A stretch of 64,000 nucleotides of DNA, from NCBI GenBank assembly GCA_963663765.2, contig CAXXUA010000005.1:1-64000 (forward strand), read 5' to 3'. The translations under genes and the position numbers were made by a program. Below, in pieces: positions 10,952 through 20,050 of the stretch (within the stretch, counting starts at the first letter, position 1; every line of letters begins with the position of its first letter). This DNA comes from Candidatus Poribacteria bacterium. Its GTDB lineage: Bacteria > Poribacteria > WGA-4E > WGA-3G. Below the pieces are notes generated by a model. It did no database searches and had not been told where the DNA came from. It saw only the letters and a list, made by a program, of their open reading frames with translations.

Positions 10952-11596
10952 AAAATATAAACAAGAATTATTCCGTTAATACGGTAAAACTTCATTCCCG
11001 TCTGTGTCTTTGTGCTAACATTCATGTGATGCGCTTCATCTGCTAACAACACAATTTCCTGCTCAGAAAAATTCTCATAAGTTAAGACGTTCTCCTTTTC
11101 CGTATTCATATCGGTGTGCAGCTGCTGAATAGTTGTGAAACAGATATTGATGTCGTTTTCACTGACTCCGTCAAAACTGTCCACCTGTGTTACGGTGACA
11201 GGTTTACCTTCAAAACGGATGTCTTGACTGAAAAGGTATTTTGCAGCACGCGGGTTAAGGAAGTTATCTTTTGTCTTTTCAATGATATTTGTAGAATTAA
11301 CAAAAAAGAGGAAGTTACGGTGGCCTTTTTCATAAAGGTATAGGATTAAACCTGCCATGATGAGCGTTTTACCGCTGCCAGTTGCCATGTTGAACAGCAG
11401 ATGTAAAGGTTTTCCCTTCTCTTCAAAATCATTTTCAAAACATAAGATAAACCGTATGAACGCCTCTTTTTGATATTCACGGAGTTCAAACGAGGGGTTT
11501 AGGTTATCTCTGATATAAGCAGGAACTTCGGTATCTCGGAGGGTTCTCCGTACGAATTCTTCTAGTAACTGTTTCGTGTAAAAATTTTTCGGGCAT
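10948..11596 (-). pseudogene. type III restriction enzyme Res subunit, N-terminal remnant
   Basis: LREYQKEA, LLFNMATGSGKT Walker A and ADEAHH Walker B. Frameshift close to the ATG at 11596; cut off by IS630. Confidence 0.85.
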
Positions 11597-11623
11597 TTCT
11601 ATACCTTTATTTGAAGATTGGAA

Positions 11624-12121
11624 TTAGAAAATCCAATCTTCTCTTTTTATCAAGTCCACTACTTTAATACACTCAACCTTATAATGCTTGCAAACATCAG
11701 GAATTTTCGGTCTATTCACACTATCTGTGGGGTTTTCTTCCGTTACTACAATACAATTATCGGTGACTTGTGCAAACGCTATACACCACGGATCGGCACC
11801 AGATTTATCTCTTCTATCATCTAACAGTTTTAGGAATTGGGATAATATCTCACTAACCTTTTCCTGGACGAATTCATCAACTGGTACTTGAAAGTATTGT
11901 TTGAGGTTATTCTGATTACACCATAGTTTTATACCTGAGTCTCCCATCGCTTCATCAAAAACAACTTGTGACATTTTTAGCCTGCCTTTTCTTATCAGTT
12001 CTACCACTTTACACCACAATGCTGGAAAGTTTGCAATTGGATATCGTTCATTATATGCTGCAAATAATGCACTTGTATCCAAACTATATATTATGTGGTT
12101 TTCGTTAAAAAGTAAATTCAT
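11624..12121 (-). CDS. DUF4411 family PIN-like protein
   Basis: YSLDTSALF, ADPWCIAFA, VVTEE and KIPDVC motifs; ATGA overlap with the upstream gene. Confidence 0.85.
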   Translation of the reverse strand: MNLLFNENHIIYSLDTSALFAAYNERYPIANFPALWCKVVELIRKGRLKMSQVVFDEAMGDSGIKLWCNQNNLKQYFQVPVDEFVQEKVSEILSQFLKLLDDRRDKSGADPWCIAFAQVTDNCIVVTEENPTDSVNRPKIPDVCKHYKVECIKVVDLIKREDWIF

Positions 12122-13290
12122 GCAAAAATGCTACTTTCAATTTTAGAAAGATGTTTTGTATCACAATAAGAAAAAACAGAAGCCAATTTCGCGAGTGTTA
12201 TTTTATCCTCATAGTATGCCCTAAAAGCGGTACGGGCAAATAACTCACCGTAAGTATTAAGTAATCGTGTATGATAATGTGGAAATCCTTTAGGTTCTTG
12301 TATGTTATCTTTATACTTTTTCTGCTGATCTTTTCTGAATGTTTGATATTCTCGTTGAGAGATTTTGTTGAGAGATAATAATCTCCGCATGATTACTTCA
12401 GGACTCACACGAAAATATGCACAAACTTCGGATAATATTTTATTACTTACCTTTAACTTTATCATTTTTAACAATTCATTTTTTGGCACTAATACCTCTG
12501 CTGCAACTTGATTGCAAAAGACTTCAATAGGATCAAAATTCGGAAAACTATCTTCTTCAAAATTCATATTCTGTATGATACTTTCCCCCAGAGCGATGTG
12601 AACTAATTCGTGAATGATTGTAAATATACGACCATAAGGACTGTCTTTAGGATTTACAACAATCACAGGGAAAGGTCTCTGTGCTATGCAAAATCCACGT
12701 ACCGTCTGCAGCTCAACAGATAAATGTGTGTTCACAGAAGTATGGCAAACTAAGATGCCTTTAGCTTCAACGGTCCTTTTCCAAAACTTCAAAACTTTGT
12801 AACGATCTTTAGTTCGTGGTAGTTTTTGTGTATTGAAATCAAGAAATCGTCTAATTTTCTCCGCCGCATGTCCAGAATCCTCGTTAATATTAACTTTTAG
12901 AGACACATTCGGTGGAACTTCCTCCAGCATTTCATAAAGACCAATGAGTGTTTGCCGTCTATCAATAACTTCAACGATATTAGCATTTAATCTATAGGTT
13001 TCTTCATCATCTCGTGTGCTTGTCCCTGGCAATACTCGATAATCTGTAAGCGGTTTGAAATCGGAAGGCGGTTTCGGCAAATAGAAAATGGAGATATGAG
13101 TTTTATAGAGTTTCGCAATTTTCTTTAATTGCGCGAAGGTAGGTTGATCTGTCCCGTTTTCCCATGCCACAAGACGTTCACGGTCTATCTTTAATTTTTT
13201 TGCCACGAAGTCTATCTCTAATCTGATACGTCTTTCACGTACCCATTTCAGAACTTCCGGCTTAATGAGTGCTTTGACAGATTTTGCCAT
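12118..13290 (-). CDS. XRE-HTH / ImmA-IrrE family metallo-endopeptidase
   Basis: N-terminal HTH (WENGTDQPTFAQLKKIA), FTIIHELVH zinc motif and EVFCNQVAAEVLVP. Start taken as MAKSVKA. Confidence 0.9.
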   Translation of the reverse strand: MAKSVKALIKPEVLKWVRERRIRLEIDFVAKKLKIDRERLVAWENGTDQPTFAQLKKIAKLYKTHISIFYLPKPPSDFKPLTDYRVLPGTSTRDDEETYRLNANIVEVIDRRQTLIGLYEMLEEVPPNVSLKVNINEDSGHAAEKIRRFLDFNTQKLPRTKDRYKVLKFWKRTVEAKGILVCHTSVNTHLSVELQTVRGFCIAQRPFPVIVVNPKDSPYGRIFTIIHELVHIALGESIIQNMNFEEDSFPNFDPIEVFCNQVAAEVLVPKNELLKMIKLKVSNKILSEVCAYFRVSPEVIMRRLLSLNKISQREYQTFRKDQQKKYKDNIQEPKGFPHYHTRLLNTYGELFARTAFRAYYEDKITLAKLASVFSYCDTKHLSKIESSIFA

Positions 13291-13370
13291 AATATATATT
13301 CCCACTAAACTATAAGATAATAAGCCAATAGTAAATATAAATTTAACATACAACACATATTGTGAATTAA

Positions 13371-13399
13371 AGTATATCACAAAAGAAACAAAATGTCAA
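13371..13399 (-). promoter_or_regulatory. sigma70-type promoter for the ImmA/DUF4411 operon
   Basis: TTGACA-N17-TATACT with an extended TG on the minus strand, about 80 bp upstream of the start. Confidence 0.6.
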
Positions 13400-13496
13400 A
13401 TTAACGTGAAACGTTAAACGACGGGGTGTGTAAAGTTTCTGCACAAACTACTCATTCATCTATTGTAGGCGAGGTCTCTGTGTCCCGCCATAACTT

Positions 13497-13900
13497 GCAG
13501 GCGTGCTTTGTAAGCGCGCCCCAACTGCATCCCACCTGCCCCCCAACTGCAGGCGTGCTTTGTAAGCGCGCCCCAACTGCCTCCCAACTGCCCTCTAACT
13601 ACCCCCTAACTGCAGGCGTGCTTTGTAAGCGCGCCTCCCAACTGCCACCCAACTGCAGGCGTGCTCTGTCCGCGCGCGCCCCAACTGCCTCCCACCTGCC
13701 CCTAACTGCAGGCGTGCTTTGTAAGCGCGCCTCCCAACTGCCACCCAACTGCAGGCGTGCTCTGTCCGCGCGCGCCCCAACTGCCTCCCACCTGCCCCTA
13801 ACTGCAGGCGTGCTTTGTCCGCGCGCCCCTAACTGCAGGCGTGCTTTGTAAGCGCGCTGGCACATCAATTCCCAACAGCGCGCTTACAAAGCACGCATAC
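13497..13900 (+). repeat. Tandem REP-arm array (8 left arms plus 1 inverted right arm)
   Basis: Arms at 13497, 13549, 13612, 13655, 13708, 13751, 13804 and 13835; inverted arm GCGCGCTTACAAAGCACGCATAC ends at 13900. Confidence 0.92.
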
Positions 13901-14073
13901 CAACTGAAAAATATTTATTACCCGATTAATAAATTAATCTTCATACGGGACTAAAGAACTAGACAAGATGGTATCCCATAAAATTAACGACATAGCAAAA
14001 TAATATCAAAAATATTGAAAACTAAAAAACCTGAAATATGTGAGAAATTACTTGACTTTTGTGCGAAAGTGTA

Positions 14074-14949
14074 CAGCGTATCTCATAAATATTTTAGTTG
14101 CATGCTTATACATGCAAGAAGCACAAAACCTAAATACAATTCAGCATAATATTCCCAACGAACGACTAACCGCCGAAAGTCTTCTAACCAACTGAAAAAT
14201 CGTTCTACTTTAAAACGACGCTTATATCGTCGTAAACGACGACCATCCTGTGTAGCCGGTTTCTTTCGATTTTTCTTATGCGGTGACACCATTTCAGTGC
14301 CACGACACCTCAGAGCAGCATCTAAAGGGTCAGAGTCATAGGCTTTGTCTCCTATCAAGACCGCAGGAGGTTCGGATGTCCAACAAGCATCCAATGCCGG
14401 TTCAACCAGACGCACTTCATGACAGGACGCACTTGTGATCAAAACACTCACAGGTCTGCCACGCTTTTCTGTAATCGCTACCAGTTTTGTCCCTTTACCG
14501 CACTTTGTCTTACCTACACACTCACCACCTTTCTTGGCTGGAACAAACTTTGCATCAATACTGCACTCACTCATATTTATTTGTTTTCGTTTTTCAAGTA
14601 TTTCCATGAGTGCCATCTCTATTTTTTCAAATGTTCCGTCCATAGACCATTGCTTGAAACGACGATGACAGGTTTGATAAGGTGGATACTTTTCTGGTAA
14701 ATCCCGCCAAGGTGCCCCTGTGCGCAACACCCAGAGTATCCCATCTAACACTTCTCTATGACTACGCCAAGGTCTTCCGGGTTTATCTGATGGATATTCA
14801 GGCAATAATGGTTCAAGAATCTGCCATTGCTCATCACTTAATTCCATTCAAATCATCTCCTTACTCTTAGTAGAAATAGAAATAGTTTAACAGAGATGAT
14901 TAACGTTTAAAAGAAAAAACACACCAACTAATATTTATGAGATACGCTG
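14074..14949 (-). mobile_element. complete IS5 family element
   Basis: Perfect 20-bp TIR CAGCGTATCTCATAAATATT, flanked by TA on both sides; encloses an intact transposase. Confidence 0.92.
14083..14847 (-). CDS. IS5 family transposase
   Basis: LSDEQW, GILWVLRTGAPWRDLP, GDKAYDSD and YKRRFKVERFFSWL motifs. Confidence 0.93.
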   Translation of the reverse strand: MELSDEQWQILEPLLPEYPSDKPGRPWRSHREVLDGILWVLRTGAPWRDLPEKYPPYQTCHRRFKQWSMDGTFEKIEMALMEILEKRKQINMSECSIDAKFVPAKKGGECVGKTKCGKGTKLVAITEKRGRPVSVLITSASCHEVRLVEPALDACWTSEPPAVLIGDKAYDSDPLDAALRCRGTEMVSPHKKNRKKPATQDGRRLRRYKRRFKVERFFSWLEDFRRLVVRWEYYAELYLGFVLLACISMQLKYL

Positions 14950-14964
14950 TAGTATTATGTAATT

Positions 14965-15036
14965 GTCAGCGGACAAAATTCGGGTTCATCCGTGTGATTG
15001 GAAGGTTACGGCCCAGCACAATCCTATATCCCTGGC
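14965..15036 (-). ncRNA. putative DUF3800-associated structured RNA
   Basis: Starts about 4 nt after the DUF3800 stop. Pairings by eye: CAGGGATA/TGTCCGCTG closing stem, GATTG/CAATC and CGG/CCG inner hairpins. There is no U-tail, so it is not a simple terminator. Confidence 0.5.
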
Positions 15037-15040
15037 TTTT

Positions 15041-15895
15041 TTATTTTCTTCCCTTCAATACTTCTGTTGTAAGCGGCTTGTTCTGCGTATAATAGACACC
15101 ATAATCTGCTTCGCGCGTGTCGTCAATATCGTGTACGAGTCCAAAAGCCTGCCATAGATATGTCAGATATCGTTCCTCACCTCGTTCATAAAGCCTTTGT
15201 AGTGCCCAGAGAAAATAGTCAACAGCCTGCAAACCCGAATACTCTTTTGGCGTTGCAGCAGATACATTTATGGATACGTCGGTGAGTTGACTGTTTTGCA
15301 AACTGTTTTGATTTTGTAATAGGTCCGCTGCAAATTCAATTGCTTGGCGTAAGGAAGCAGTGCGTCCAGATCTGCCACGTTTTGAAAAGATTATTTCATA
15401 TCTAACCTGTTGACGTACCCTTTTTTTGAACAGAAATCCTGTCAAATAGTCGTAGAATTCATTGGGATGATAACGATAATCAGCTTCTCGTTTGTTGCGA
15501 TGGCGGACGTATTCCAGAACGCTCAATTTATCGGCAACGACAGCAAAAAAACGTAGTCCTTCAGTGTCACGCAAAATCTGAAATACATCCCTGCGGACTT
15601 CTGGCAAATCATCTTTCGCGTGAAATGCAAGTGCCGTTTTTCGTTCCTTTGGCTGCATAGATGGTACGTTCTTGAAATAGGAATCATTGATGAGTCGCTC
15701 CCGCAATTCATCAAAAGAGCCTTTTAATACTATAGGATTCGGCACATCTAATAAACCGAGTATGAAAAATCGGGAACATCCTTCTGTGCTGACTAATACC
15801 TTTCCTGTCTTGGAAAAGAGGGTGCTATCGCCACCTTCGTCTACAAAATAATGACGGGTTGGAATAGATGTGTTTGGGTTTTGTTTATTCTCCAT
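15041..15895 (-). CDS. DUF3800 domain protein
   Basis: N-terminal YFVDEGGD, central FHAKDD and C-terminal GLQAVDYFLWALQR motifs. Confidence 0.85.
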   Translation of the reverse strand: MENKQNPNTSIPTRHYFVDEGGDSTLFSKTGKVLVSTEGCSRFFILGLLDVPNPIVLKGSFDELRERLINDSYFKNVPSMQPKERKTALAFHAKDDLPEVRRDVFQILRDTEGLRFFAVVADKLSVLEYVRHRNKREADYRYHPNEFYDYLTGFLFKKRVRQQVRYEIIFSKRGRSGRTASLRQAIEFAADLLQNQNSLQNSQLTDVSINVSAATPKEYSGLQAVDYFLWALQRLYERGEERYLTYLWQAFGLVHDIDDTREADYGVYYTQNKPLTTEVLKGRK

Positions 15896-15989
15896 AAAAT
15901 GCTTTATTCTAAGTCTTATCTTTCTGACTCACTTCAATATTAGCATTCTTCATTCTAAATATTGCAGTAGTAAATGCAGGCATCAACCG

Positions 15990-16240
15990 TCAATCTTCCA
16001 GATCCAACAAATCAAATCTTCGCTCACGGAGCAGGTTTTCCGGCGCTTGGACTGCTTGCTGACATACACGTTCATCAGTGCTATTGAGACCTGCCTTTAG
16101 AATAGCTTTTGCTTCCTCGGTTTGAATGTAGAGGTTGTCTTTCTTGCTTCCCCCAGTTACTTTTGAGAAACATTCAACTACTTTAGCGGTGTGATCTGAG
16201 AGCATTTCGCACAATGCCTTAAAGCGGAAACCCCCGTCCA
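15990..16240 (-). pseudogene. C-terminal fragment of an unknown helical protein
   Basis: Protein-like tail (EEAKAILKAGL...ENLLRERRFDLLDLED); the 5' part of the predicted ORF is MITE family C sequence. Confidence 0.45.
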
Positions 16241-16336
16241 TACGATGTCCACAGTCCCCTAACGTCAAGCAATATTTGATAGAAACTGGACAGCCTTCTT
16301 CTAATATCAGAGTTTCTACAAAAACTTTACACACCC
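16241..16336. repeat. MITE family C right half
   Basis: Matches 29642-29737 and 5-50; ends AAAACTTTACACACCC. Confidence 0.8.
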
Positions 16337-16346
16337 AGGTGATAAT

Positions 16347-16465
16347 CAGAGTTATTCAGTTTTCCTAATTTTTGGATTTTTCAAAAAAGAACCCCGCGGT
16401 AGGAGCGACCTCCCGGTCGCGATTTTCTCAGAAAACGACTAAAATGCCAAAACTAAATAACCCTA
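16347..16465. mobile_element. MITE family B (ISAs1-type ends)
   Basis: CAGAGTTATTCAGTTTT ... AAAACTAAATAACCCTA, with internal GTAGGAGCGACCTCCCGGTCGCG. Confidence 0.8.
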
Positions 16466-16499
16466 TGTATCTGTTGTGTTGTTAGCATCAAATTTTCTA

Positions 16500-19400
16500 C
16501 TATTCAGGCGGGGAAATGATAACATTATCCTGAAATATTGGGGATAGGTAGTTGGGATCCGCATCATTACGAAAAAGGATATGCCATTTGTTTGCAAATG
16601 TATCTCTATTCTCATCACGATATTTACGTATGAGATTAGTCAGGCTTGTTCTCGAAATCATAAACGCATCCATTTCTACGTGTTCACCCCGAAAGCGTTC
16701 GTGAGAGAGGCTGCGTAATCTTTTGAAAAGAGTTATTTTATCGTTGTGTTCGTTGATGACTTCATGCACCATGCCGTGGGGTTCAATAAAAACTATTCGT
16801 TGTTTTTTCCCTTCAAGTAACCAGAGGATGAAGTCGGGATAAAAACCTTCATTAACGAAAAAACCAATACATTTGCCGCGGCTATGGTTACGTAATAGGA
16901 AAACCTGTTTTTGGGCAAAGAGTTTCTCACCTTGATTCCGGACATAACGACGAAGATCTTCTACAAAGTGCTTTTCACTTTCCTCTAAAGCGGGGGGACT
17001 TGTACGTAACGCTATGTCTGAACCACTTACGGTAAGAAGTGGTTGGTAGAGATGCCGGTCATTATAGATATTGGGAAGATCGGTTAAATCAGGTCCGTAT
17101 ATATCGCCATTTTCTATGAGATATTTTATTTGTGGTTCAAGCTCACTTGCTTCTTCTCGAGGGATGGAAACATTCCAATTAGTAAAGTTAGGGTTCTTTT
17201 TATTTAACCTATCCAAACGCACCGCTTCATCATTCCAACGTTTTTGAATGATACGGTAGAATTTGGTGATGTATTTTCGGAGCAACGTTAAGACTAAGTC
17301 CTCTAAATACCTAAGTTGATCCTTTGTTCTTGGTACAACTTCAGACTCATCCATGATATAAAGTTCATATAAACCTTCGTTTGGATTAAGAATCTGTTTG
17401 AGAATCTCGGTGTTAAAGATCAGATTATGAAATTGTTTCTCCTGCTTGTACTCAAGGAGTTGCAGGTAAATGTTTTCCCAGTCTATCAGTTTCAAGTATT
17501 TATCTTCAATATGAGTTTTGAGTGCAGCTTCAGCGCGATCGCCTTGGATACCACTTTGTGAACTACTGCCGATAATCTCAACACTTTGAGTCGTATGAGT
17601 TATAATAGCAGCTGAATCTGCTGCAAGCAGGACACACTTTCCTTTAGCAGCTTTGTTATATTCCAACACTTTTGGAACAAAAAGTTGATTCGAAAGGTAG
17701 CTCAGGTTGGGCTTGATCGGTAATTCCAACTGGACAGGTTCCTCAGGCGGAACACCTTCACGCATCAGGTAATCTCGGAATTGCACCATGAAATTGGCTC
17801 GGACTGCGAAAATGTTGAGTGTTTCCAAAAGCGGTAGGTTAGATGGATGATCTCCATCAAGTGCCGCGCTACGTTTGAGACTCATGTCTTTGCCGCGTAA
17901 ACGAACACCACGACCAAACAACTGGATAATCTGGGAACCTTCCTGTCTACCGATGTTGAGCAGTCCCATGGCAGTAACACGCCAACTATCCCACCCTTCA
18001 ATGAACTTTTTCGCACCAATGAGGATATTAATTGGACTCTCTACGGTGTTAATGTCGTTAAAGAGACTCTCGGTGAGAACATCTTCAGAATCCGTTTTAA
18101 TACCAGCATCGTCGTTTTGGACAAGTTTCTTGAAGGCGGACGTGTCACCAATGTAAATTAAGCCGAATACTTTACTGCCATGTGTTGTTTTCAAAGCGAT
18201 TTCACCGGGGGTGTTTCGGATGTCACACAGGTGCAATTCCCCACTTGAGCCTGTATGAAATACCTCGTCGAGAATAGCAGTGTAAATTTGTGTTGGTGTT
18301 TCTCTGAATTCTTTGAGATAGCTGAGTCTATTGTGAAAAACATCGCTACCGTAGTCATCTTTTAATCCGGAATCGCTGTTAAGGATTTTCTCAATAATAT
18401 CAATTGCCCATCGCTTTTCATTTTTCAGAAACTTGTGCAAAAAACGGATAACATTAAGGACATCAGAACGTGATTGTCTGTTTTCAGTATAAACGGCATT
18501 CACCCTACTACCGACAAATGCCCATAGTGGCGAGTCTAAACCGTAGTCACGCACCGCTTCAACGTTTTGCCTGAAATAACATCTCTGTTCATAGAAACTA
18601 AGAAGATTGCCTAAAAGGAGCATCTCCGTTTGGGTTGCATCGTCATATCTGACGTTAAGAATACGGAAGTTTTTACCGTATCCATCACCGTAGAAATATC
18701 GGTAGGAGTAGTCAAATACGATGGCTTTTCCGTACTCATCAACAAGATCCGCATTGCTTGCAGCGGCGAGTGCTTGTCCGAAGGTTGCGCTGTATTCAAA
18801 AGTGAAACCAACTTCGGCGAGCGCTTCTCGGTATTCACGCCAGACTCTACCACCACTACCTTTATGTCCTTCATCTACAAAAATGAGATTATTTCCCTCA
18901 AATGCTTCAACTGGAACGCTTAACCCACTACCTGTTTTTTTCTCTACTAATTTTGTAATTTCAATGACTTGCATGGTGTCGTGATCATGCGCGAGACGAT
19001 TTCCTTCTACGTTAAACCGTTCGCATCGGATATCTGAGTTTGCTAATTCGCGCATGTGCTGTTCGCTTAATCCTTCGTTCGGTGTGATAAGCACAATGTG
19101 ATCTAACGTTTCTTGACAGTAGTGAAGATACTGGCGATAGTTGATGTGCATGATGAGGGTTTTACCTGCACCCGTTGCCATCCAAAAGGCAAGTTTTTCA
19201 ACGTCTGTTTCTGTAAAGGATGTATCCATCGCGTCACTGGGTGCACGCGCATCGTTACGGGTTTGGACAAAATCATTGAGTTGACGCAAAAACTCCGCTG
19301 GTTTGTTAAATTTCCAATCCAAGAAGATTTCTGTGTAAAGCAGGGCAAGGTACTGGAAATAGCGGAGAACGATTGGCTGTGTGCGTTTACTGTTTATGGC

Positions 19401-19643
19401 GGAGAGGTACCGTTTGATGTTGGCGTCGTAGGTTGGCAGTGCTTCTGCAATTGGGGAATCTGGATCTGCACGAGTAATGAGAAATTCACAGATTGCAGAA
19501 TGTCCGTCTGAATTGAAGCCTTCCTCTTCGTTTTTTACTGCGTTGAGAAGGTCTTGTGTAGTTTTGTACTTGAAGTGACTATTCAACCATCCGTGAAGGG
19601 TGAGATGATTGTCAAGTTTGCGGGCTGTATTTATTCTGGACAT
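16500..19643 (-). CDS. res: type III restriction-modification system Res subunit
   Basis: WMATGAGKT, VDEGHKG, EYSATFGQ, EGWD and QLFGRGVR helicase motifs, plus the C-terminal FYPDFILW...FIEPHG nuclease motif; downstream of mod. Confidence 0.92.
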   Translation of the reverse strand: MSRINTARKLDNHLTLHGWLNSHFKYKTTQDLLNAVKNEEEGFNSDGHSAICEFLITRADPDSPIAEALPTYDANIKRYLSAINSKRTQPIVLRYFQYLALLYTEIFLDWKFNKPAEFLRQLNDFVQTRNDARAPSDAMDTSFTETDVEKLAFWMATGAGKTLIMHINYRQYLHYCQETLDHIVLITPNEGLSEQHMRELANSDIRCERFNVEGNRLAHDHDTMQVIEITKLVEKKTGSGLSVPVEAFEGNNLIFVDEGHKGSGGRVWREYREALAEVGFTFEYSATFGQALAAASNADLVDEYGKAIVFDYSYRYFYGDGYGKNFRILNVRYDDATQTEMLLLGNLLSFYEQRCYFRQNVEAVRDYGLDSPLWAFVGSRVNAVYTENRQSRSDVLNVIRFLHKFLKNEKRWAIDIIEKILNSDSGLKDDYGSDVFHNRLSYLKEFRETPTQIYTAILDEVFHTGSSGELHLCDIRNTPGEIALKTTHGSKVFGLIYIGDTSAFKKLVQNDDAGIKTDSEDVLTESLFNDINTVESPINILIGAKKFIEGWDSWRVTAMGLLNIGRQEGSQIIQLFGRGVRLRGKDMSLKRSAALDGDHPSNLPLLETLNIFAVRANFMVQFRDYLMREGVPPEEPVQLELPIKPNLSYLSNQLFVPKVLEYNKAAKGKCVLLAADSAAIITHTTQSVEIIGSSSQSGIQGDRAEAALKTHIEDKYLKLIDWENIYLQLLEYKQEKQFHNLIFNTEILKQILNPNEGLYELYIMDESEVVPRTKDQLRYLEDLVLTLLRKYITKFYRIIQKRWNDEAVRLDRLNKKNPNFTNWNVSIPREEASELEPQIKYLIENGDIYGPDLTDLPNIYNDRHLYQPLLTVSGSDIALRTSPPALEESEKHFVEDLRRYVRNQGEKLFAQKQVFLLRNHSRGKCIGFFVNEGFYPDFILWLLEGKKQRIVFIEPHGMVHEVINEHNDKITLFKRLRSLSHERFRGEHVEMDAFMISRTSLTNLIRKYRDENRDTFANKWHILFRNDADPNYLSPIFQDNVIISPPE

Positions 19644-19657
19644 ATCTGTTGGGTACT

Positions 19658-20017
19658 TTACTGTCGGGAAGTGGCAGCTTTGCTCACTGTTTCAACGATT
19701 TGTGGCGCAGCATTACGAAAAACTTCAGGAGCAATTTCACGGAACGTTTTTTCGAGTTGTTCATCCTCAAATACGTTCTCAAAACTACTATCACTGAACG
19801 CCGCCTTATCAAGATCTATGGGAACCGCCTTTTCTTGTTCAATACCATTAAATGCGTACAGAACTCGCGCGAATGGGATTCTCACATAAGCCTCTCCGTA
19901 AGGGACTTCTACTCTCAAAAACTCTATTAATTCACTGCCAGATACAAGTTCATGAAGGGAAACAACCTGGATTTTGTATGGTGCCATTTTGATGAACTGT
20001 GTTTGATTATTAGACAT
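19658..20017 (-). CDS. hypothetical acidic protein, partner of the ART-like gene
   Basis: 119 aa from MSNNQ with an AGGAG RBS; ends 14 nt before the res start. Confidence 0.7.
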   Translation of the reverse strand: MSNNQTQFIKMAPYKIQVVSLHELVSGSELIEFLRVEVPYGEAYVRIPFARVLYAFNGIEQEKAVPIDLDKAAFSDSSFENVFEDEQLEKTFREIAPEVFRNAAPQIVETVSKAATSRQ

Positions 20018-20050
20018 GACGATTTCTCCTATTTCCGTGTGAAGTTTCAA

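Noticed and set aside
13424-16336. Composite transposon bounded by family C ends carrying IS5 and DUF3800
   Set aside because: Inverted GGGTGTGTAAAGTTT ends exist, but no target duplication is visible and the sequence inside the left end differs from family C; independent fragments are equally likely.
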